Positions 9,069-18,255 of a stretch of 29,933 nt of DNA are shown here, in pieces. The notes under the pieces were generated by a model. The model was not told the origin of the DNA and did no database searches. It was given only the letters and a program-made list of their open reading frames with translations. Positions within the stretch are counted from its first letter, which is position 1, and every line of letters begins with the position of its first letter. The translations under genes were made by a program, and so were the position numbers. This DNA comes from Candidatus Thorarchaeota archaeon (GTDB taxonomy: Archaea; Asgardarchaeota; Thorarchaeia; Thorarchaeales; Thorarchaeaceae): assembly GCA_020348985.1 (NCBI GenBank), contig CP070761.1, positions 1,979,459 to 2,009,391 on the forward strand, written 5' to 3'.

Positions 9069-9101
9069 TGGAGGCGTAACGGGCGCCACAAGGTGACTCA
9101 T

Positions 9102-10661
9102 GTGAAGATCGTTGAATGTGTGCCAAACTTCAGCGAAGGTCGAAGAAAGGATGTCATAGATGCAATCGCTGATGCCATAGGCAGTGTGGAAGGCGTTAGG
9201 CTTCTAGACGTTGAGTTCGACACAGACCATAATCGTTCCGTTTTTACCTTCATAGGTGAACCACAGAAGGTCAAAGAAGCAGCTCTCAAAGCTTCAGATG
9301 TGGCTGTCAAGAAGATTGACCTTACCAAACACGAAGGTGCTCATCCGAGGATGGGTGCAGTGGACGTTGTTCCGTTTATTCCTCTCCACGGTACCACAAT
9401 AGGGGAGTGCATTGAACTCTCGAAGCAGTTTGGTGAGGAATTCGCTGCCAAACATGAGGTTCCTATTTTCCTCTATTCGAGTTCTGCGACACGTCCTGAA
9501 CGCGTTGATCTTCCAAACATTAGAGAAGGAGAGTTCGAGTTACTTCGCGAGAAGATTGGAACAGATCCGGCAAAGAAACCAGACTATGGTCCCGACAAGA
9601 TTCATCCTACGGCTGGAGCGACGGCCACCGGTGCACGCAACTTTCTGATAGCGTTCAACATGAATCTCAATACAACTGATGTTGAGGTAGCCAAGGCTTG
9701 TGCAAATGCAGTCCGCAATACAACAGGAGGGTTTGTCTATGTCCAGGGCATTGGACTAGATCTGCCGGAGAAAGGAATGGTTCAGGTTTCCTGCAACCTC
9801 ACACATCCGAAGCGGACCAAGATTCATCAGGTGCTCGAGGTTGTGCGAATGGAGGCACGTCGCTTTGGTGTCACAGTCGTTGAGACCGAGATCGTCGGAA
9901 TGGTTCCGTTGTTCGCATTGATTGATGCTTTGAAATACTACCTACAGCCCGAGAAACTTGACGAGTCGATGATCCTTGATCTGTATTACCTCGGCGGTGC
10001 ACAAGACCCCACAGAAAGGACCTTCACAGAGATGTCATTAATCGAATTTGGAAACCAGGTTCGTCGTGCACGGGCAACTCCTGGTGGCGGGAGTGTTGCG
10101 GCAGCACTCGGTTCCTACGGAGCGGCCTTAGTCTGCATGGTCACAGGTCTTTCATTGTCAGGTCGCAGATTTGCCGCAATTAAGGATGAGATGCTGGGAG
10201 TTCGTCACACCGTAGAGAATGACAGAGGCGTGCTCATGGGTTTGGTTGAAACAGACTCTGCCGCCTTCGATGATGTCATGGCTACATTCAAGCTTCCCGA
10301 GGAATCTGATGATGACAAGAAGAAGAAAGAAGCGGCCACAGAGGAAGCTACAAAGAAAGCAGCTGAGGTTCCTCTGAAGACCATGCTTCACTCATTGGAA
10401 GCTCTAAAAGGTGCAAAGCCAGCAGCCGCAAAGGGTAATATCAACTCAATCACAGACGCTGGCGTTGCGGCACTTGCTCTAATGGCCGCCATAGAAGGTG
10501 CATCACTCAACGTACGAATCAATCTTGGGAACATAAAGGACAAGAAGTTCGTTGCAAGGGTGGACGGCGAAGTAGAGCGCATCATAGGAGAGGGCACTGC
10601 ACTAAAGGAAGAAGTAATGGCTCTTGTCGAAGCACGAATGAAGGAGCTTGCAGAAGGCTAA
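9102..10661 (+). CDS. ftcd: Fused glutamate formimidoyltransferase / formimidoyl-THF cyclodeaminase
   Basis: KIVECVPNFSEGR, DTDHNRSVFT, GAHPRMGAVDVVPFIPL (transferase); TPGGGSVAA, GNINSITDAGVA, NVRINL (cyclodeaminase). Start moved to GTG 9102 behind SD AGGTGA. Confidence 0.95.
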   Translation: MKIVECVPNFSEGRRKDVIDAIADAIGSVEGVRLLDVEFDTDHNRSVFTFIGEPQKVKEAALKASDVAVKKIDLTKHEGAHPRMGAVDVVPFIPLHGTTIGECIELSKQFGEEFAAKHEVPIFLYSSSATRPERVDLPNIREGEFELLREKIGTDPAKKPDYGPDKIHPTAGATATGARNFLIAFNMNLNTTDVEVAKACANAVRNTTGGFVYVQGIGLDLPEKGMVQVSCNLTHPKRTKIHQVLEVVRMEARRFGVTVVETEIVGMVPLFALIDALKYYLQPEKLDESMILDLYYLGGAQDPTERTFTEMSLIEFGNQVRRARATPGGGSVAAALGSYGAALVCMVTGLSLSGRRFAAIKDEMLGVRHTVENDRGVLMGLVETDSAAFDDVMATFKLPEESDDDKKKKEAATEEATKKAAEVPLKTMLHSLEALKGAKPAAAKGNINSITDAGVAALALMAAIEGASLNVRINLGNIKDKKFVARVDGEVERIIGEGTALKEEVMALVEARMKELAEG

Positions 10662-10670
10662 TTTGCCGCA

Positions 10671-11753
10671 TCATATGGGCTCAATTGATGCTCCCTGTCC
10701 AATGCTCGTTAGATACGGAACACCCCCGGACTTCCGCATGGCATCCGCTACCTCTTGCTCTCTGCCTGGCGCGTACGCTATCATTGTGCCTCCACCGCCA
10801 CTTCCATTTATCTTGCAGCCTAGAGCTCCTGCTGCCTTGGCAGCAGCAATCATTGATTCTATCTTCGATGTTGACCTATCAAGTCCATCCCGGAGAATCG
10901 AGTGATGTTCATCTAGTAGCTTCCCAAGAAGACTCGGATTGGGGTCTCTGGAGATTAGCAGCTCTAGGGCGCTAGCCGTCAAATCTCGATTTCGAAGTGT
11001 GGCCTCTGCGACTCTCCTGCCACTAGATGGACGGCCCTTGAAGAGCTCATAGACTTGATTGATTGGAGTGGTTCTATGATTGAAGTCTCCAATATGCTCT
11101 GAGATAGCCGCATATTCCTCTACGACTGTGGACTTGATGGCCTCGATATCAGAGACCGTATCAGCCTTCTTCTCAAGTGAGTCACCAATAACAATCCCAT
11201 CCATAGTTGCGGCCAACCTGGTGACTTTGCAGTCCTCTCCAAAATCCAGATGAATGATACCTCCGTAGACTGAAGCAAAGTGGTCCTGCATTCCTCCGCT
11301 TTCGCCAAACTCTGTGACCTCTGCATCAAATGCTGTCAGAGCTGTATCTCTAAGATCCATCTTATGGTCGGACAAGTATGCCGCAGCCATTACTGCAGCC
11401 ACAGACAGTGCTGATGAACTAGAAAGCCCTGCAGCAATAGGCATCTCTCCACGGACTCTCAAGTCCGCACCGCGAATCGGTGTGCATCCCTTCCTTCTCA
11501 TAATATTGAATGCACTTCGCAAGTAGTCTCTCTTGTGACGATAGGACAGTTTCTGTCCAACTCTGAATTCATCATGCTCGTCTAGATCTAGGTACTCCAC
11601 CTCAACTACTTTGTCTTCTCTCGGAGAGACCTCGATTGTGATCGACAATGTGATAGCAGAGGGTATTACATCGAGCCCGATATAATCACTATGCTCCCCA
11701 AACAATACGATCCGACCAGGAGCTCTGATTCTGACGGGCTTCAGCGAAGTCAT
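10671..11753 (-). CDS. Galactokinase-family GHMP kinase
   Basis: APGRIVLFGEHSDY, PIAAGLSSSSA (GHMP ATP loop), GGMQDHFAS, GCKINGSGGGG. The exact sugar is uncertain. Confidence 0.88.
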   Translation of the reverse strand: MTSLKPVRIRAPGRIVLFGEHSDYIGLDVIPSAITLSITIEVSPREDKVVEVEYLDLDEHDEFRVGQKLSYRHKRDYLRSAFNIMRRKGCTPIRGADLRVRGEMPIAAGLSSSSALSVAAVMAAAYLSDHKMDLRDTALTAFDAEVTEFGESGGMQDHFASVYGGIIHLDFGEDCKVTRLAATMDGIVIGDSLEKKADTVSDIEAIKSTVVEEYAAISEHIGDFNHRTTPINQVYELFKGRPSSGRRVAEATLRNRDLTASALELLISRDPNPSLLGKLLDEHHSILRDGLDRSTSKIESMIAAAKAAGALGCKINGSGGGGTMIAYAPGREQEVADAMRKSGGVPYLTSIGQGASIEPI

Positions 11754-11862
11754 TGTCTGATTCTCGCAATTCCGATGTGGATGAATCCCAGTAAGAGTCT
11801 TCCCACTGCAATCTAATATCTAGTGTTCTTTGCTTGCGTTGTGTCCCAAGGTACGCTCTCAT

Positions 11863-11878
11863 CCCAAGGCATAAAACG
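11863..11878 (+). promoter_or_regulatory. Putative BRE/TATA-like promoter of the ABC pair (possibly leaderless mRNA)
   Basis: CCCAAGGCATAAAACG ending 24 nt before ATG 11903; no SD in front of that ATG. Confidence 0.4.
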
Positions 11879-11902
11879 ACAAGAAAATGACTCTAAACAT
11901 CG

Positions 11903-12667
11903 ATGATAGAGGCTATCAAGTTAACCAAGGTCTTCAGCAAGTTTACCGCGGTGAAGGACCTTTCATTCCAGGTACAGCCTGGAGAGATCTATGCTCTCTT
12001 GGGGCCCAATGGTTCAGGCAAGTCCACAACTATGAGGATGCTTCTCGGCCTTCTTCGACCAACCCTTGGGACAGCACGTATTATGGAGTACAACATAACC
12101 AGCAATCCGGAAGATGCTAAGAGGGTCATGGGCTATGTTCCCGAGGAGCCCGTATTGCCAGAGAGGCTAACTGGCTATGAGTTCATAAACTACACAGCAG
12201 ACATCTGGAGAATTCCGAGGGGTGAGAAGCGGGAGAAGGAAATCACTGAACTCCTAACGCTGTTGGACATTGAAGATGCAAGTAATGACTTGATAGAAGT
12301 CTACAGCAAGGGAATGTCGCGCAAGATAAGCCTGGCCGCAGCATTGATTCATAGGCCTCGGGTGATAATCCTCGATGAAGTTCAGGCTGGCATTGATCCA
12401 CGAGGCGCAGCCACAATAAAAGAGATTATGACTGGTTTGGCATCGCAAGGTGCCACGATACTAATGTCAACGCACGTTCTCGAGATTGCAGAGCAAATGT
12501 GTGACCGAATAGGTATTATAAATGAAGGCCAGATGATAGCAGAAGGGACCATGGACGAGCTAAGGGCTCAGGCACGAGGACAGAGCAGCCTAGAAGAGAT
12601 ATTCCTAACCCTTACGGGCGGCCCAGATATGCAGAGAATTGCGGATTACCTTGGTGAAGTGACTTGA
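11903..12667 (+). CDS. ABC transporter ATP-binding protein (exporter type)
   Basis: Walker A GPNGSGKST, signature YSKGM, Walker B IILDE, H-loop STH. Confidence 0.96.
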   Translation: MIEAIKLTKVFSKFTAVKDLSFQVQPGEIYALLGPNGSGKSTTMRMLLGLLRPTLGTARIMEYNITSNPEDAKRVMGYVPEEPVLPERLTGYEFINYTADIWRIPRGEKREKEITELLTLLDIEDASNDLIEVYSKGMSRKISLAAALIHRPRVIILDEVQAGIDPRGAATIKEIMTGLASQGATILMSTHVLEIAEQMCDRIGIINEGQMIAEGTMDELRAQARGQSSLEEIFLTLTGGPDMQRIADYLGEVT

Positions 12668-14373
12668 GCCTCTCAGACTTGTGGTTTCTTCTACGATTAG
12701 AATTGAGACAGTCTTTCCGCGTCACTGGGCGAACTGGGCTAAGGACTGAGCAGAAGAGTTGGATTCGCAGAATGCTCCCGGTTATCGGAGCTATACTAGT
12801 AGGTGCTCTAATCTACACAGTGGTTGTGTCAATCGTTCCAATCTTTTGGGCGGATCTTGTGCTGTTTCTAAGAGCAGACTTGGGAATTGCTGCTACGATA
12901 TTCAATGCCATCCTGCTCTTCGGATTTGCTGGCTCAATCATGTTCTCTGCAACTACTGTAGGTAACAGCGCTCGTATGGAGTACCTCCTTGTCATGCCAA
13001 TGCGAATGCGTATCATCTTCCTTGAGAAGACAATTGTCATCATTCTCTACAATTGCGTGCTTTGGATGGTGATCGGATTCCCAATCCTACTAGGCCTTGG
13101 TACAATCTCGACGTATCCTCTTGCCCTGCTCGCGGCACCTATCTTCCTAGTTCTTGTATTCATGCTTGTGACTATGGGAGTATCAATCGGTGGCCTTGTG
13201 GGACTGCTATTCTCACGGCTTCTAGCTGGCCGAAGAACATTGAAGCAGATTGGTTACTTTATACTGTCCACCCTTGCGATAGTCGTAAGCGTCTTCTGGT
13301 ACTACAGCTTCTACTTCTCTGATAATGGCACCGTCTTCTTTGACGCTATCTTCAGGATTGCAGACATGGTGGGGCTATCATCACATCTCAGTCCGGGATA
13401 TACGGTGAGCGCCATTTCGATTGGACTCGTGGTCGGCGCACCATTTGGCATTCCGGACATAGTCGCGGCCATCCTCTTTCTGATCATTGGAATATCATTG
13501 GTCTATGCAAATTCGTATGTCTGTGAAATTGCCCACTACAGTGGCTGGCTGGCCTCTGGTTCACAACGCACCTCCAAATCGGAATTCAGGATTAACCACA
13601 CGTCATGGAATCCGCGAACCTATCTTCCCTTCACCTTCAACACCACAACTAGCACATCGATTTGGTACAACATAGCTTCGATAAGACGTGAAGGCCGTGT
13701 GATTGCCCAATATCTTGTTGGCCCTATAAGATGGGTCATATGGATTGTTCTACCGGGCTTGTACATGGCTGATCAGATGGCTGCATTCACGCCGTACCTT
13801 TTTGTTGCCGCGTTGATTCCCTTTGCTACTTCGTATGGGCTTTCATTTGCAGGGTATGAGCTTGTGTATGAAGGAAAGAATCTGATGAATCTGCAGTTGG
13901 CTTCAGCCAACCTTGTTGACTACGTCAAAGGAAAGGTGCTCAGTGCAACTCCGTTTGTTTTAGGGGCAAGCTCCGTTGTCTCAATCATGATTTTGATTCT
14001 TTACACCTCAATGTGGCCATTGCTTCCTGCTGTGATCTTGGGTTGTGTATTTGCGAATCTTGTGGCCGGTTCAGTTGCTGCAAACGCGGCGGCGATGGGG
14101 GGTGACTTCAGGGCTGAAAGGAAAATCACACGTCAAAGGGGCGCAGCCGTTCAGATGCCCATCCGAGGCTGGTCAATGCTTCGTGCAACTCTCATGCCCA
14201 ATATTGTTGCCTATGTCGGTGTCTTCTCCATTCTGGGCGTGGGGGCCTTGAATCCACTCTATGCCTACGTCGCACTGTCAGCTTTCGCTCTAATCTGTTA
14301 CAGACTCTTCCTTAGCTACTCGCGAAGCGCTGGGAGACGACTTAGTCAGATTGAGGCTTCTGAATACCTATAG
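12664..14373 (+). CDS. ABC exporter permease (multi-pass membrane protein)
   Basis: Many hydrophobic segments in two halves; MEYLLVMPM motif; TTG start overlaps the ATPase TGA by 4 nt. Confidence 0.8.
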   Translation: MSLSDLWFLLRLELRQSFRVTGRTGLRTEQKSWIRRMLPVIGAILVGALIYTVVVSIVPIFWADLVLFLRADLGIAATIFNAILLFGFAGSIMFSATTVGNSARMEYLLVMPMRMRIIFLEKTIVIILYNCVLWMVIGFPILLGLGTISTYPLALLAAPIFLVLVFMLVTMGVSIGGLVGLLFSRLLAGRRTLKQIGYFILSTLAIVVSVFWYYSFYFSDNGTVFFDAIFRIADMVGLSSHLSPGYTVSAISIGLVVGAPFGIPDIVAAILFLIIGISLVYANSYVCEIAHYSGWLASGSQRTSKSEFRINHTSWNPRTYLPFTFNTTTSTSIWYNIASIRREGRVIAQYLVGPIRWVIWIVLPGLYMADQMAAFTPYLFVAALIPFATSYGLSFAGYELVYEGKNLMNLQLASANLVDYVKGKVLSATPFVLGASSVVSIMILILYTSMWPLLPAVILGCVFANLVAGSVAANAAAMGGDFRAERKITRQRGAAVQMPIRGWSMLRATLMPNIVAYVGVFSILGVGALNPLYAYVALSAFALICYRLFLSYSRSAGRRLSQIEASEYL

Positions 14374-14379
14374 GCGAAT

Positions 14380-15099
14380 CTATTCCATTGGAATGAGTAC
14401 TCTTGCCTTGGGCAAAAGAATATCCGTATCGAAGTAGAGGCCTATCATTGGGCTTTCAACTTCAACAATTGTCACCTTGTCATGTGGGCCATCCTTTATT
14501 TCGATTTCAACTTCACCGGAACGCCCATTCTTGACATCGTACTTAAGGTCAGCCGCAGAAATGTATGAGGCATCGAATCCATCGCCCAACGCATTCTGGA
14601 TTCTCTTTATGTTGACGTTGGGTCCGCTATCTATCCACTCGCCCTCATCCGTGAATGTGCATGTTGCTTTGAAGAGAGTTGCACCATGTCTGACTGTCTT
14701 GGCTACAAGCTTGTCCCCCTTCCATTTCATAGAGATATCGGCGAGTTTTCTTGGATAGCCCCAGAACTCTCGACCAATCGCCATTGCCACATCAGTGTCC
14801 ACGTAGTTGTGAGCAAAGTGGACTCCAATCTCGTCCTCTCCGGTTTCTGGATTGTCGAACATGCATTGCACAAGAAGTCCTGATTCCATGAACGTGCCAG
14901 TCTCATTGCAGGGCATTTCTCCGCACATCAATCCTGCTAACTTCATTTCTGAAGGTCTAAGAGGATCAGGGAGTATCTTCGCAAGGGACTCTTCAGTTGC
15001 GAAGAACAGTCCCAAGTATAACTTGGCGTCGATATAATGCAATGGTGGCTGCCCGTAGAGTGGGCTCGCCAGTGGAACACTATGTGCATCCTTCATCAT
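14380..15099 (-). CDS. Acetoacetate decarboxylase-like superfamily protein
   Basis: LAKILPDPL, GTFMESGLLVQC, AMAIGREFWGYPRKLA (family motif GRExxGxPKK with a K-to-R change). Confidence 0.85.
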   Translation of the reverse strand: MMKDAHSVPLASPLYGQPPLHYIDAKLYLGLFFATEESLAKILPDPLRPSEMKLAGLMCGEMPCNETGTFMESGLLVQCMFDNPETGEDEIGVHFAHNYVDTDVAMAIGREFWGYPRKLADISMKWKGDKLVAKTVRHGATLFKATCTFTDEGEWIDSGPNVNIKRIQNALGDGFDASYISAADLKYDVKNGRSGEVEIEIKDGPHDKVTIVEVESPMIGLYFDTDILLPKARVLIPME

Positions 15100-15174
15100 A
15101 AGAACCGGAGGCTTGATTTGAGGGGTGGCTATTGAATCTGCCGAGGTCCCAATGAGCTGTTAGGCCTTTGAGTT

Positions 15175-16995
15175 TCATTTCAATTCATCAAGACCAAGTT
15201 CCTTCAGTCTCTTCTTTGGTGGTTTGCCGGTCCTACGGTCCCACCCTCGATGAGCGTACCACGTATTCAATTGCTCGTCTACATCAGGAACATGGCTCTC
15301 AGTGGGGCCCTCGAGAGGCCGAAGAAGAATCTCAGGCAACTTTTCCCCACTGGTATCATATCCAAGCTTCAGATTCATCATGCGCATCAATGTGAATATC
15401 CTCTCTCCAGTCGTTTTGATGTCGTCTACTTTGTATTCCCAGCCAGTGGCGAGCGTTAGGAGATCAGCTAATTCATCACCAAAGATTGGATAGAATGTGC
15501 AATGAAGCGCAGAATTCGTGATGCATCTCAGATCCTGAACCTTCGCTGCAGAATCTGCATCGTTCTCGAACCTATCCTTGCATTCAATTCCCAAAGATTC
15601 GTCCAGTGTGCCCATTTGCCACATGTACATCTCTGCATTCATGTGGCACGCTCCTCTAGGTGAGGTTGCATACGTGACGGCCATAGCAGAGAATCCACGT
15701 GAGTCGTGCATGGGGGTTTCGAGGCCATTCACTTGAGCCGCAAGCTCCACTGCATCAAACTTCTCTCCCATTGCTAGTGTGCCTTCTGCCAGCAAATCGC
15801 CGACACCCTCCCTCTTGGCAGTCTTGTCAAGTAGAATCAATGCAGAATCGATTTCTCCCCATTCTGGAGATACCCCGTCAATATCGTCGCTTGTGATTCT
15901 ACCCTCACTGTAGAGATAGTATGCAAAGGCTACAACATTCCCACCAGAAATTGTATCCATTCCCCAAAGATCCAGCTGTTTGCTTGCGTATGCTAGCGCA
16001 TCTAGATTGTTGTTAAGCAGTAGTGATCCCATAGTCCCTGTTACTTCTAGCTCGGGTCCTGCAAAGACGCCGGTAGCATACTTACCCTCCTTGACCTCTA
16101 TTACACGACCGCAGCTTATTGGACATCGATAGCAGGCATGCTTCCCCACGAGAATCTTTTCTCGGACAGTTGTCCCGCTTATGTCGAACGGATCAAAGTC
16201 AGAGACCGTATAATATCCTGCAGGCATTGAACCATACATCGCACTAAACATATCTGCCGAGCCCGCGGTTCCGACGTCTCCGTACATCCTGACGTTTGCG
16301 TCTTCTTTTCTATCCTCATGTATAGTCTTACTCAGACTATCGAACCTCTCTTGTTGAGCCAGATCGACCTTTCTATTAGATCCATGCACAACAATGGCCT
16401 TGAGCTTCTTTGATCCCATGACTGCGCCAAGACCTGTCCTCCCTGCCGCTCTGTAGTGATCTATGATTATGCTAGCATACTTGACGAGGTTCTCACCTGC
16501 GATGCCGATTCTTGCAACACCGGGATTCCTGTACCCAGTTTCTTCTTTGAGAATCTCCCAGGTCTCTTGTGTGTCTTTTCCCCAAAGATGATCTGCCGAA
16601 TGAAGCTCGACGACCGAATCATCCACGAACAAGAAAGCTGGTTCTGAAGCGGCACCTCGGATAACAATTGCATCCCATCCTGCAAACTTGATGTCTGGGC
16701 CAAGGTGTCCTCCGATTGTGCTGTAACCTAGAAGTCCAGTCTGAGGTGATTTCGAAACGACCGACGATTTGCCACTTGTCGGAAGCATTGTTCCTGTAAA
16801 TGGGCCAGTCATGAAGATGAGTGGATTCTCAGGTCCAAGTGGGTCAGTTTTTGCGTCGACCATTTCATAGAGCATTCTTACTCCCAAGCCCGCTCCTCCA
16901 ACGAATTGCCTTGCAAACTCCGCATTCAAGGGCTCTTCGGTTGCATTCCCGCTAGTCAAATCGACGTGCAGTATTCTTCCTCTGTATGCGAACAA
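15175..16995 (-). CDS. aor: Aldehyde:ferredoxin oxidoreductase (tungstopterin AOR family)
   Basis: RILHVDLT, DPLGPENPL, KSPQTG, AAGRTGLGAVMGSKKLKAI, CYRCPISC (4Fe-4S), DLWGMDTIS, RGACH; TTG start. Confidence 0.95.
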   Translation of the reverse strand: MFAYRGRILHVDLTSGNATEEPLNAEFARQFVGGAGLGVRMLYEMVDAKTDPLGPENPLIFMTGPFTGTMLPTSGKSSVVSKSPQTGLLGYSTIGGHLGPDIKFAGWDAIVIRGAASEPAFLFVDDSVVELHSADHLWGKDTQETWEILKEETGYRNPGVARIGIAGENLVKYASIIIDHYRAAGRTGLGAVMGSKKLKAIVVHGSNRKVDLAQQERFDSLSKTIHEDRKEDANVRMYGDVGTAGSADMFSAMYGSMPAGYYTVSDFDPFDISGTTVREKILVGKHACYRCPISCGRVIEVKEGKYATGVFAGPELEVTGTMGSLLLNNNLDALAYASKQLDLWGMDTISGGNVVAFAYYLYSEGRITSDDIDGVSPEWGEIDSALILLDKTAKREGVGDLLAEGTLAMGEKFDAVELAAQVNGLETPMHDSRGFSAMAVTYATSPRGACHMNAEMYMWQMGTLDESLGIECKDRFENDADSAAKVQDLRCITNSALHCTFYPIFGDELADLLTLATGWEYKVDDIKTTGERIFTLMRMMNLKLGYDTSGEKLPEILLRPLEGPTESHVPDVDEQLNTWYAHRGWDRRTGKPPKKRLKELGLDELK

Positions 16996-17006
16996 TGTGT
17001 AACCCC

Positions 17007-18182
17007 CTAGAAGTCGATTGGCTTCCCTTCATACATGTATTCGTAGACTCTGCGAATTGTCATGCTGTCAATGAACCGCGGGTTCATGGTGATGCTTGAG
17101 TCCATCATAGTGAACTCTACGAGCTTGTCCAGTCCCTTGTCGAAGTCTTCCTTCGACATCCCTGCTTCCTCGAAACTTGTGGGGGCTCCGACCTCCTTCT
17201 GCAGATCTCTAATCTTTGCTGCGAACCTCCTGGCTGCCTTCTCGTCGTCTTTTTCTTCAATTCCCACAAGCCGTCCTAGCTCCGAGTACTGCCTCGCAGC
17301 ATCTGGAGTATCGTGAGCGTTATACTCGATTGTGTAGGGGAGCGCCATTCCGACTGACATGCCATGTTGAAGCCTATGGACAGATCCCATGCAGTGCCCG
17401 AGTGAGTGTGATAGGCATACTTGGGAATTACTGAATGACATTCCAGCTAAGTTGGCTGCAACAAGCATCTTCTCTCTCGCTACGGTATCTCCAGGATTCT
17501 CAACAGACTTCGGAAGCCATTCAAAGACCATCCTGACTGTCTGCATTGTACAAGCATCTGAGAAATCATTCTTCCACACAGAAATGTAAGCATCAACGGA
17601 ATGCGCAAGAGCGTCCAGGCCAGTGTATGCAGTGAGGTCCCTTGGAAGCCCTGTTATCAGCTCGGGATCCAGAATTGCCAAATCAGGAACCAACTCGTTG
17701 TTGTTTGTGGCAAACTTGCGGCCTGTTTCATCCTCTCGTATCACAATTGCTTTCGTTGCTTCTGAACCAGTTCCCGCCGTTGTTGGAATGCAGACAAGCT
17801 TCGCTTTATTCCTCAAGTCAAGCGGCTGAAGCGGATTGACAGACTCAAGATTCTCGTCAGGATGCTCGTACAGTATCCACGCGGCTTTTGCAGTGTCCAT
17901 AACGCTCCCGCCACCGACTGCCACTATCCAGTCTGGAGCAAACTCAGTCATTGCCTCTGCAGCATTCTTCACGATTGAGATTCGTGGATCTGGTTCCGCT
18001 CCGTCCCAAACTGAAACTTCCCAACCATTCTCCTCAAGTATTGACTTGACCTTGTCCACATGACCTAGGCTGTTGATAACTTCGTCAGTGATAATGATAG
18101 CTTTCTCGCCGCCTAGAAGCTCCAAGTCAGTCAGTGCGTCCTCTCCAAAGGTCACCTTTGGTACAATGAACCACCAAACCAT
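17007..18182 (-). CDS. Iron-containing (group III) alcohol dehydrogenase
   Basis: GGGSVMDTAK, IPTTAGTGSEAT, GLDALAHSVD, HSLGH and HG metal ligands. Confidence 0.95.
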   Translation of the reverse strand: MVWWFIVPKVTFGEDALTDLELLGGEKAIIITDEVINSLGHVDKVKSILEENGWEVSVWDGAEPDPRISIVKNAAEAMTEFAPDWIVAVGGGSVMDTAKAAWILYEHPDENLESVNPLQPLDLRNKAKLVCIPTTAGTGSEATKAIVIREDETGRKFATNNNELVPDLAILDPELITGLPRDLTAYTGLDALAHSVDAYISVWKNDFSDACTMQTVRMVFEWLPKSVENPGDTVAREKMLVAANLAGMSFSNSQVCLSHSLGHCMGSVHRLQHGMSVGMALPYTIEYNAHDTPDAARQYSELGRLVGIEEKDDEKAARRFAAKIRDLQKEVGAPTSFEEAGMSKEDFDKGLDKLVEFTMMDSSITMNPRFIDSMTIRRVYEYMYEGKPIDF

Positions 18183-18255
18183 CTCTTACCGCATCCTAGA
18201 CCTCACCCTAGGAGAACCCTCCTTATCTTTCCTGCGGGAGATAGTATCGTACGTC

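Noticed and set aside
9000-9101. N-terminal extension of FTCD in the ORF track
   Set aside because: Overlaps folD and a promoter-like motif; the conserved N-terminus and SD point to GTG 9102.
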